From positions 158,596,001-158,660,000 of the forward strand of contig OZ038378.1 in NCBI GenBank assembly GCA_964036045.1: 64,000 nt of DNA, written 5' to 3'. Position 1 is the first letter of the stretch; each line of letters opens with the position of its first letter. This document shows positions 12,294 through 23,200 of this stretch, one piece after another. The position numbers and the translations under genes were made by a program. Source of the stretch: Eutreptiella sp. 'Long Island Sound 2002' (taxonomy: Eukaryota; Protista; Euglenida). The notes under the pieces are model-generated. The model was given only the letters and a program-made list of their open reading frames with translations. It had not been told where the DNA came from and did no database searches.

Positions 12294-14978
12294 CTGAGAT
12301 TTGAGGGATGGGATGCCAAAGATGTAGGTACAACACCACCGGCCCCCCTCCCCGCCCGCATCCCCATCCCCATCCCCATCCCCATCGCCAATCCCAGCGC
12401 GGCCCTGGTATCCCAATCCACCTTCCCATGCCCATGCACATCCCTGCCCACAGGTGCCTCTGTATCCGCCACAACACTGTGCCTTGGTGCACTGCCGGGT
12501 GGTCCCGAGAAGAGAGAAACACAAACCGCTGGCATCCACCAACGCCGGCCCAGCAGTCGGAGGGCGGCCAACAGCGGTTGGAGGGTGACGAATGGCGGTC
12601 CAGAGGGAAATTCTGGCGGTCCCTGAGGGTGATCCTCAATGCCAAACAAAAAACCCGCAGACGAGTGTCCTCATTGACCACCCTGGCTGACAAATACACC
12701 TTCCCTAACCACATCCGGGGCCTAATCAGTGTTGTACCTCAGTCTCTCACACCCCTCATTTCGCACCCCTGCCGAGGAGCTGTACTCCTCCCGCCCTCTG
12801 CCATGCACATGGGGCAGCATCTGCACGACCGGACCTGAGATGGTCCGTTTGGATGCTTCCAGAGATACACAGACTTACACACATGACGACAAGGTCCATA
12901 GGGCCGTGACCACATTTTCCTCGAGATACAGCACCAGTAAAACGCACACGTGGGCGTGCCAGTCCTTGGCTGACGATCTTCCAATGCCAAAGGCGTGCAC
13001 ACATTGCATGAAATGCCCACAGGCGAACACCACGAGCTGCTACGCCACAGCCGAGCTCATCCCTCCAGGAAATGCTCCTTTTGGCTGTTTACAAAGGACA
13101 TCATTTGGTATATGGGGGTCGCTTTGTCGTGCCGAGGGGGCTTGCAGCTCCTTCTACCCCTCAACAGCTCAGACACCACAGGGGCTGGAGGTAGCAACAC
13201 CCCATGGCTTATCACGGAAAAGGGGTTGTTTGTATAATACCTTATTCGATGCCTCCGTGCGGGAAGGAAAAACATAAACCACAGTGCAAAACGAGAGCTG
13301 GGGATCCCGTTCATGAAGCCGGGGTGAAAGCCCCAACCACTAACTTCATGACTTTGGAGGTGGCATGCCGGGCTATTTTGCCCCACCCCACGGACACATA
13401 TCTTGACTTGCCCTCTGACTGGCCCTCCCATGGCCACCAGCGACCGAGAAAAGCCACAGTAACAGTAAAGAAGAGTGCATCATATCAATGCACTTTACAT
13501 GACGAGCAACCATCAGGCCACGGAGCAATGGTTTGCCAAATAGTGAAGGCAAAGCAAAACTTGGCTGGGGAAGGGACGAGATGAGAGGGACTAGGGAGGT
13601 GACAACATGCCGTCAACAATATTCAATCCTTTTAGATGAATCTACTTATCTGCGCTTTGCTTCCCATCCCATGAGAGCCAAACAGATACATCTTACATCT
13701 GTGGTTGCCTTTCGCATGCACGTTTGGACTGAATTTGTGGTTCCTTTACTGTGTTTGCCCTGTTGTTCTTGGTCATCCTGCTGTGACCCACCACAGCTGA
13801 TGGAAACAACGCTATCCTATCCAAAAGCAGCATAAAACACAAACACTCAAAAAATACAGTAGAAGCACAAATCACCCAAATCCATACATAAGTCGCAAGC
13901 CCGTCAAAATAATTATTTGCTTTGGTTTGTTGGTGAGGGCACCCCACTTGTTTTGGGGGACGATGCCCCCCACCCCTTATGCAGGGCGATCCAGTCTGCT
14001 CATCGCTTCTTGGCCACGGTTTTTGAGGTTGAGAATGCAAGAAGAGGTAATGGGGGGGGGGCTGCTGAATGGGACTTATCTTCCAGGGGTTTGCCAGATG
14101 GTTCCTGAGATGTCTCCCACCACGGCGCTGCCCATAATGTACCTGCAACATGCACATTCATGGGCCGGACCCCGTTGGCAAATGTGACGTTCACACATTG
14201 TTCTTCGTCTTAGAACTTCCACTCACACCACCAAAGGGCTGCGGCACTCACGTGGATAGGCAGAGTCCTGGACTAAAACTCCTTCTACCAGCACACAACA
14301 TGCGGGTTGCAGTCCAGAAAAATCTGTGGGACAAAAAACATCACACCTTCCTGCTTCACGACAAAGGGAGTGGCGCCATCAGGCCTCACGTGCCCAGTCG
14401 GGGTGCCAACCACCAAATGCACCCAAGAGAGCCGGCCGTGGGGTTGAGAGGGGGCTCGCCACCGATGATGTTGTGGGTTGCGCAACACAGGGCCGAGGGC
14501 TTCCACATCACCCGGGGGTTAGCCATCAAAGGTGCGCCCCCGTTATTTCGCAGTTTGCTATCTCATTGTATTCTCGCGTTCGGTCCGCATCAACCCTTTG
14601 CCCTTGGAGACAGAAAACAGGCGCCCGCAGAATAAACTGCAACGGACACATGGACTCCATGCGGGGCTTAGATCTAAGTCGGTGAGACTGCGACTGACTG
14701 CCAACGGCGCAACCGTCAGCCAACCATTCACCGCCATTCCTTCACCACCGGAGCGAGGGCAATCCCTGCGCAACAATCTCAGACGGGGCTATCCTTGATG
14801 CCACAAAAAAAAAGAGTGCCATCAACTGCTGTCAGTCAAGCGGCAACCGCTCTCGTTCGACCGAATCCAAACATCAAGACCCTCAAGGCCGTCCCCAGTG
14901 AAAAAGAAAGAAACGTCCCGTTCCCAAAGGGCCGCCCTGATAACAAAACACGGCCCCCGCAGCAGAACGAACACATAC

Positions 14979-15373
14979 GCACAGGGCCCCCCATAAGCCA
15001 CGCCGCAGTCGTCCAGCAGCACCACGGCCTTGGGGCCCAGCAGCGGCAGCGCGGCCTTGACCTCCGCCAGCACCTGCTGCTGCGACGGCACCGGATCGAA
15101 CTCATTGGTATGGGTCATGAGCCACGGAAAATCCGTGCCGCCGACGTACAACAGGTCAATCGTCTCGTGCAGACTGGCCAGGACCCGTGCGGCCCCGCCA
15201 GCGTGAGCCACAAGGTCCAGAACATCCGCATATATCTTGAGCTCCGCCTTCAACGCGGCCAGTGCCGCAGGGTCACGGCCGCACGAAATCACACTGCCCC
15301 CGAACGTCTGCGTGTACTTGGCCCAGAGGAGTGTGCTCTGTCCCGACTCCCAGCGCTCGCGGTACGCGCTCGC
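14979..15373 (-). CDS. Tandem SAM methyltransferase gene, exon 4 (domain 1 core)
   Basis: TTGCAG acceptor, GTATGT donor; ASAYRERWESGQSTLLWAKY...IDLLYVGG...VVLLDD. The splice gives YGGPCAEAAEFLMRHGW, aligning gap-free with FGGKCKLVVDLLRGRGW of domain 2. Confidence 0.85.
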
Positions 15374-15535
15374 CTGCAAGACACAGAGACCGGGCAGGTT
15401 GAGGCAGAGGGGGCGCCTGTGCCGCGTCGCGTGCGCGGCGAACCTATTTGGACGTCTGGCGCACCCCGACCGCCGACTGAAATTCTGCTGTGAAAAGTGA
15501 AAAACACAGTGTGCCATAGCCCCAATGCGAACATA

Positions 15536-15895
15536 CTTGACCCTAGTCTCTGGCGTGCCGATGGCCGCCGGATGTGAAGGCAACCTCTTGCCGGAGGTCG
15601 CCGGATGTGGCCTATTCCTGTGCCAGAGGCTGCCAGATGTGAGTGTTGTGCGGTTGGGTTTGAATCGATTGTGTGGCGCGCTCACAACTCCACACCAATC
15701 TTCGTCAGCGGCGACAGTCTCCAGGCAACCCCGCTGCCCTCCCAGAAACTTCTACTTACACTTCTGGGAGAGTGGTGTTTGCCCTGCCAGAGGGTGCCGG
15801 ATGTGGACCAAACTTCTGGCTGGCCGATGTAACCTCATGTTTCTGCCGGAGGCTGCCGGAGGTGGCCAAAAATTTTGCCGGAGACTAGGGTCAAG
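15536..15895. mobile_element. MITE, 360 bp, Tc1/mariner-type (TA TSD)
   Basis: TIR CTTGACCCTAGTCTCTGGC / GCCGGAGACTAGGGTCAAG (1 mismatch), TA on both sides, internal CCGGATGT/CCGGAGG repeats. Confidence 0.85.
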
Positions 15896-16666
15896 TATGA
15901 ATGCGAAAGAAGCATCAAAATACCCGCCTTCAAACAACAAAGGGTCCCCAACACGGGGACGAAAAACGGGGGGAATGGGGGGGAACTGGGGGATTGACAA
16001 AGGGGCACAGTCCCGTCGGAAGGGGTCCTATTGCTGCTCTAAGGGGGTGGGAAAGCATTGCGGGACAGTTGCCTGTTCTGGAAACGGCCGAGGTCATGGG
16101 GTGCAGCGTTTGCCCTCGATCTTCACGCCGGTGCACTTCTTTTTTTCGACACAGACCGAAGTTTGGGGGGGGGTGTTTTATTTTCGGCCGGTATGTTTCG
16201 GCCATTTTGGGCGGAAAAGTATCGGCTACGGGTTTTTTATTCTCTGCCAGTACATTGGAGGCATTTTGAGCACGGCTGGGGATTTCTTATTCTGAGTCGG
16301 TAGATTTTGGACATTTTAGGCGAAAATGTACCGGCTCCGGGTTTTTTATTCTCAGCCGGTGCATATTGGCTGTGCAGTTTTTGAACCGTTCCCTACATCC
16401 ATTGAGTGCTGGCATTATCGCTGCCTTGTTGCAGGAAAGGGATGTGCACAGTACTTCCAGCGGCCGAAAGGAACTCCGGGGTCTTCCATTTTTTTTGTCC
16501 TGTATGGGGCACTGTTCGCACACCTCTCCGTGCCCGGTGCACATGGGGAGTACGTGAGCGCGCCGGGCGCTCCGGGAATTTGCCTCCTATCTTGTGGCCA
16601 GGCATTTCAGCGCCCCTTCGCATCGCCCCAAAAGCACTGGTTTCGTTCACTTCAAGCCCCACACAC

Positions 16667-16899
16667 CGTCGGGCGCATCGCCTGCGTCTCGAAGATGACG
16701 GTGCGGTCGCCCTTCCGGAGGTGTGCCGTGTTGACCAGAGCAGCTTTCATCGTTGCGTCACGATTGTACCACTGGCGGTAGAATTGCTCATCCAGCAAGC
16801 CCTTTGCAATGTAGGTCTTCCACGGCAGCTGCAGCGAATGCAAAGAGATGACCTCTCGGATAGGAGCGGCAGACATGCGGGAGGGGCGATGAAGCAATG
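16667..16899 (-). CDS. Tandem SAM methyltransferase gene, exon 3 (N-part of domain 1)
   Basis: CAG acceptor, GTGTGT donor; HSLQLPWKTY...QFYRQWYNRDATMKAA...TVIFETQA, paralogous to exon 5. Confidence 0.8.
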
Positions 16900-17031
16900 C
16901 TGCTAATGCTTAAACTGCGCAGGCCCAACTGATCTGCAGCAAATCGTATTTTCGTGCCTGGGCCCGCGGGCCACTGCAACTCCGGGGGGAGCAATCAATT
17001 CACTATGCGCTGAGGTACCCGGGAACAACAC

Positions 17032-18553
17032 TGCCCTTCGAGCATCAGGGGAGGAGGGGGTCTGGAAAACAGGCTCGAAGGGCCAGTCCTTACTTTGCCC
17101 CATTGACATTGGTCCAGAACAGATTTCTGGGGGAAAAAACGGGTGGTGAACCGGATTTCCCAAATTTATGTGTGAAAACACGTGTTTCAGCGATTTCAGA
17201 CGTCCTGCGGTGCTTCTGGTGGGCCCGGCCCTTGGAGCCTAATTAGAGGGGGGGGGAGGGGTCCACACCGTTTCCTAGCGACCCATAGACTTGAATGACC
17301 GTATACACACTGCAGGCGTGTTATACGTGGGGCGCTCAGGGCTGGCACTCCTTCAGCCAAACCCCAACACCTTTTCCTGCAACTCCTGGGGAGGGGGGCT
17401 CTTTGAGCCTGCTTTCCAGAACCCCCCCCCCCCTTCTAACACACAAGTGGCCGATCAGTCAACCTCTAAGGCCGAAGGAGTGCCGAGGACGACACGCAAA
17501 GCCGCCTGTGTTTTCAGGTTCAGATGAAACTGTCCTATAATATGCATGTATGCCCTTGGTCTGTAGATATGCGTGACTCTTCTAATTTTGGTGCGAGACA
17601 CACTGTACATAGTGTTTTGCAGTTTTATTGTGAAGAACACACATTGGACTAAAGGCTGGAAGTGCCTATGGCGGGGGCATTCAGTCAATCAGAACCGACC
17701 ATTGCTCTCTCTCTCTCTCTCCTTCTAATTAGGCTCCAAAGGCCGCCCCACCAGAAGAACCGCAGGAGGTCTGAAATCGCTGAAACACGTGTTTTCACAC
17801 ATAAATTCTATTGCCTTCGGCAGTGCACCTCAAAGAGAGGCTGACAGGCAGCCAATCAGTCAGTTAGCCAGGCCAGCAGTCAGTCAGACAGAAACACACA
17901 GGTTGGGTTTTTTGTCAGTGGCAGACTCGGCTCCAAGCAGTGGGGAGGAAACTTGTCCTCAGGGCAAGCAGTGGCCGAATGGTAATGCAGCAGACCGCAG
18001 ACTTTTTGGTCGGCAGTTTGAACCCCGGTCGGGCGAACATGGCGGCGGCGCCGGCGATGACCGTCGACCGGCAAGGATTCGAACCGCCGACCCAAAAGTC
18101 TGCAGCCAGCCGCGTTACCATTCGACCGGGGTTTGCTGTGGCACAACATGCCTCCCCACTGCTTGGAGCCTTCTGAGCACAAACTTTTGACCCCCCCCCC
18201 ACCCCCCCCCCTCAAAAGTGATATCCAGTTTTAGGGGATAGAGGCCTCAGAATCCAAAAATCCATTGGGGGATTGTCTTATTGGGCAAAATAATAATTTC
18301 ACAAGGGGTTGGACATCAAATATCACGCCTTGGAGTATGCTACGCGAATGACCCCCCAAAAGGGGGGTATACGATGCCCGCGCCTGCGTTTGATCTAACA
18401 ACCTCTCTCCGAGGTGATTTGGGAAATCCGGTTCACCACCCGTTTTTTCCCCCAGAAATCTGTTCTGGACCAATGTCAATGGGGAAAAGTAAGGACCTCC
18501 CCTTCGAGCCTGTTTTCCAGACCCTCCCCCCCGCCCCTGATGCTCGAAGGGCA
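17032..18553. repeat. ~216-bp inverted repeat pair (left arm 17032-17247; right arm 17724-17805 plus 18418-18553, split by an insertion)
   Basis: TGCCCTTCGAGCATCAGGGG...TTGGAGCCTAATTAGA matches the reverse complement of the two right-arm pieces. Confidence 0.85.
17806..18417 (-). mobile_element. Non-autonomous Helitron-like element carrying a tRNA-derived segment, copy 1 (with an extra internal insertion)
   Basis: Inserted in AAA^TTT (empty site visible in the left arm of the inverted repeat); minus-strand 5' TC, 3' TGCC-GAA-GGCA hairpin, no TIRs; homologous to 43696-44121. Confidence 0.5.
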
Positions 18554-18896
18554 CCCCTCCCCCGGAGTTGCAATGGACCGCGGGCCCTGGAGTCTGCTGC
18601 TGAGCATTCTGAGGCCTCAAACAACAGGGCGTCATGCAGACGAGGTGAGGGGGCTGTTCAATAAACGCTGGTTGGGCACCACCGGTGTCCAGTGTGACCC
18701 GCTTGTTAGGAGTGGGGAGGGAGTGGAGTGCGGGGAAGGGGGGAAAGGGGAGGGGGGGGGCGAGCGCAATTCTGTGGGCGAGATTTGAATGTTTGTCCCA
18801 CTGCTCACAATTGCAGTGTTCTACGGCTGCAGCCCTTCCCCCCTTCCAGCGCGGGGAGGCTTCACATTCAGGCAGGTAGTGCCACCCCCTGCACAC

Positions 18897-18987
18897 CGCA
18901 TGCAACCCACTCCCTCCGGTGGGCCTTTGTTGGACTGACCGACTGACTGCCTGTTGGGCTTGGGCTAGCAAGAGCCCTGCCGCTTTC
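18897..18987 (-). CDS. Tandem SAM methyltransferase gene, exon 2 (S/P-rich stem)
   Basis: Polypyrimidine CTCTTTCCTCCAG acceptor, GTGTGC donor; 91 nt (ESGRALASPSP...EWVAC); phases 0 and 1 match exons 1 and 3 exactly. Confidence 0.6.
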
Positions 18988-19983
18988 CTGGAGGAAAGAG
19001 GCAGGGCTACAACGGACTACGCAGCGGTTCCACAGGTCATTCTGGTATGCACAGGGGGTTGGCTAATGCACAGTAGCAGCACTCTGCTGACTTTGTGTAG
19101 CACGCCAGCACCCCCAACACACTTCATTTGCCTGCGGATAGTGTGTCCCAGCAGCAGTATGCCTATCTATGTATGAGGGGGGGTGGGGGGGGTTGGCACA
19201 AGGCCTTGGTGGTTGGCTCTGTTAGCCTGTGGCGGCGCCTATTGGCCTCTCGCCCTTGAACCTTCTGCTATGACAAGCAGGCATCCGCACTACTGCGGGC
19301 ATCCGCACTGCATGGGGGGGGAATCCAGAATGCAACTTCTGCCCATGGCGTCCTCCCCTGACGGCCTGATCAGTGCCCCGGTATGCGGTCATCACGAAGA
19401 CCCCAGGCTGGGAGGTGCTCACCACAACCAGCAACGTGAATGTCACACAAGGCCATGGGTGCTGTCTCACCAATGTGTGACTTGAAGGGGGGGGGGCGGG
19501 TTGGCCCATGTTCCATTGCTCCGACCGGACGGGTGGCGTTGTTGATTGCGAAATGCCGTTGCAGTGTCGGAGTGCTGTTCTCCTGGTCCCCACTGAACAC
19601 TTTGGCACTTATTCCTGACAGGGCATGGCCCAGAGGCACCAGCTGCCTTGGGGCACCGGCTCGGATGACTCTGAAGCCACCCCCGACCGCAAGGCACAGG
19701 TCCGATCCAAAGGCTGCTCTAACAGCGGGCAGTGGCGAAACAGGCACCGGGACATGGCAACAACTCAATGCATGCGCACGTACTACGCGGCGAACTGATG
19801 GTACCGTGCACAAACAGTCTATGAATTCTCTCCCACCCGAAACCTGGGCCCACGTAACATGCACATGTACGAGGCTCTGCATGAGATATGTACTCGGTAT
19901 GCCCGTGCGCAGGCACGAGGCTGCTGTGCCTGGCACTGCCCCAAATGGTGCAGCACGCTGGTTGCTGCGCTCTGCCACAAATA

Positions 19984-20226
19984 CCCGCTGCGGGATACGA
20001 GAGTTGAATGCTACACTGCTAAAGCAAGCAGGCGAGTGCAATACAACAAAGTCAGAACAAAAAGCTCTTCAGTGACATTGCCATAGGCGCCTTTCGCTGT
20101 GAAACAGAAGGTACCCCGAGGTACAGTGCAGATGGGGGCTCATTCCTGTGACACGCACAAAGCTACTCCTACTGAAATGTCGGACACACAAATCAAATAC
20201 ATCAGACCAACATCAGTGCACCCCCC
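19984..20226 (-). repeat. 3' pseudo-LTR (243 bp)
   Basis: Identical to 25369-25611 except one base (20096 G vs 25481 A); contains the ORF2 stop. Confidence 0.95.
20063..20098 (-). ncRNA. Hammerhead ribozyme core, type II permutation (3' pLTR copy)
   Basis: Sense sequence AGC-GAAA-GGCGCC-UA-UGGCAAUGUCA-CUGAAGA-GCU: all conserved core nucleotides present; stems I, II and III pair. Confidence 0.7.
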
Positions 20227-23200
20227 TCCCCCGGTGGACTCCCCAGCCCACCAACGCCGAGTTAGCCAGGGCACACAAGGTGTCGCCGTCTGCTGCCCAA
20301 TCACTGCACCACTCCGTACAGGGTCCCTCGTGTGGTACATGCCACGACGCATAGAAACCCAACCTCCATTCGGCCGTTCTGCGCAACCATCCCCACAGGT
20401 CAGCTACAGAAAAGGACATATCCTGTGGCAGGCGCCCTGTTATAAAACAAATCCACTGCACCGTCTTCGCAGTGTCCCAGGGTGTACGGGCGAGGACACG
20501 TACAGCGGCGCATATCATTGCACTGCGCACCACGGACACGGGGTACTGTGACAAAACCGCAAGCTGCATCCAGGCTACAAGGGAAAGAAGGAAACCTCCC
20601 CATGTGGCTACAGACGGCAGTGCATTGCACAGGGCCCCAATAAACGTGTTCGTGACCCGTTTCCGCGTGGTGGCCCAAAAACTCTGGAGAGGGATCCCCA
20701 TCTTTAAATTCCACTGCTTGCCCAGGGCATTTGGGTGTGCATGGGCCAACACGTCAAGAGACCCCAGATGCACGGAAATGCCCATTGCCGTCAGCGACTT
20801 GCGCATGCAAGCACCGGTACAGGGCAGGTCAGGGTTTTTCGACCGGCAGTCACATACAACTTTTAGGGACCACACCTCTTCAAGGACAGAACATACCGGT
20901 TTCATCACGTCGGTGGCCTCCGGGCCTTGTGACGCAACGACGAGGTTATCCCTAAATTGCTGGAGAGCAAACAGGGTGTCACCTGCAGACCACTGAACTA
21001 CCCCATCACTGGTTTTGGAAAACCGTCCCCACCTCCTCAACAGATCAACTCGCAACTTGCAACACCACACTGAGTGGAGGTCTGCGCTTTGCGCACTGAA
21101 AGACCCGCCCATGGGTATAGCTCCAGTGCGTCGCCACAATTCTCCCGCTGCCACCACCACATTATCCTGAGACAGGCTGAATTCTACCAAAGAAATAAGG
21201 TCATTCCTCGACAAAACATGAAACGTGCCCCGTTTACCTTCACCAGCCCTGTCATGTGACTTATTGGTTTTGTGAATGCTCCAGACCAGTGTGGTAGCCC
21301 TCCACCTCCTGCGTGTAGTGAGCCAAATGGCTGCGTCACGCATATGCTGCAGTACAGAGGAGGGTGGGATGACATTAAACTGCTCTTTGCAGTCTGCTTC
21401 ACCTATGAATTCTGCACCCCATTTTCCTAGTTTTTGCAGCCAGGCTCCCATATCCTGCAGGCGCAGAGTTAAAAAAGACCCGGGTATCTCCGCAGCCAGA
21501 GTACGCACAAACAGGGTAAATGCACGGGCCGCCACCCTCAGCTTCTGGCGACTAACAACAGGTGCTGCAGCAGCCGCAATTGGGCGCCATAGCACCTCCG
21601 CCGGCACCTGCGACTTGGCCTTCCCAATCAGGTACAAAAGGGCCAGCTTGCCCTTTGTTCCCAGCGCCCAATTATTTGTGGAGATTGCATTATGCAAATC
21701 TCGTAACACTTCAGGCATATCACGGGACTCACGTGTGTACCCCTGCTGAACAAGAAAATTTTGCAGTTCATCCCAGGCCCACCGTCGGCAAAAACCCCAC
21801 ATTTGGCTAGGCCCTTTATCAACAATCCGGACCACCGCCACTTGCGACAAGTCGCGTGCTAACATCTGTACACGACGCCGAAGTTCAGCCCCCTCACTGA
21901 ACTCACTACGGGGTAACAGCAAAGACACATGGTCGTCAGACAAGGGTGGAACACCAAGGACAGCAGCTAGCTGATGCAGACTTTTGATTGCACCCTTCCG
22001 TGACAGGTCCCCATTGCACGGCAAAGGGTCATTAGCCCTCAGGGTCGTGTCCAGGTGATCAATGCGCACAGGGAGCAAGCAAAAATGGCCCTGAACCCTG
22101 GTGACGTCGCCTCCCGCAGACCAAACAGACATATGGCTGGCAGAGCAAAAACAGGGCGGCCTGCCAGTCTGCACTCCCTGTTTATTGGCACCACTTTCAA
22201 AGGCTCGTCTAACAGTAAGTGGTACAGAGCGTACAACAACGATACGTGACAGAATAGCCTGTCGCTGTGCTAAGGAGAGGCCTTTACTGCGCACAAGTTG
22301 ATTTATAGCACGGGTAATATATGGTGTCTGTGAGGGCTTCAAATACGGTACAATAACAGGGGTAGTACGCACCAGGGGGATGTCCAAGTCTGTGGCAAGT
22401 GAAGTGAGTTCGTTGGAGATGGCCCGTTTTTTTGCGAAGTCGCCATCCTGTTGTGCTACCCTGATCTGTTCCAAAAGTTGTTGCAGGCGTTTAGACTTTT
22501 GGGCTGAGGGAGGACCCCTGTGGACATCAGCTGGCACCGCGGGGGCATTATCGTTTAATGCCCATCTTTTTAGCCGAAACCACCACTCTCGTTCAACGAA
22601 ACAACCTTCCACATCGTCACACACATACTGTAGGGGGATGGGAGTCCATTCATGCAGGCCCGTCTGGCGCAGCATTGCATGGAACCTGCTGTCTTCTGCA
22701 CCCTCTGTGGCAGTGGTTCCGTGTTTTCTTAATCTCTGGACGGGTGCAAGATGGGTTTTCCCCACGTAGACACAGAGCATATGGACATGCACCATGACGT
22801 ACACAAGTAAAACAGGTGGGGGCGTACCAAGCTGCCAACAACCTGTGTGGCTGAGGCCACGAATCAGCCGCAGGACTGGGTTTGTGTGGTAGGGTAAATG
22901 GGGGATGCGCTGTTGCACAATATTTGCCCACACACCAAGATTTGTCGCAGTAAGTGCACGCTGTGCGCCGTGTGTATACAGGCGTAATCTGGCGTCGCTC
23001 TCAGGCTCTCGAGACCACAGACGTGAAGTACCGCGGCGACGCGCTTTAAAGAAACAATGTAACCGACAGCGCTGGACGTCGGACAAAACTGACACTGCCT
23101 CTGGGGAACCATAAAGTAACCAACACTTACCCTGGAACTCGGCGCTGGCTAAGCGCGTCACTGAATGAGGGAGCAGTGGAGTATACTCAGGGTCGTCAGG

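Noticed and set aside
3675-18170. Functional tRNA genes at 3675, 8020, 17965, 18060 and 43880
   Set aside because: A/B boxes are present but acceptor and anticodon stems do not close; treated as tRNA-derived repeats.
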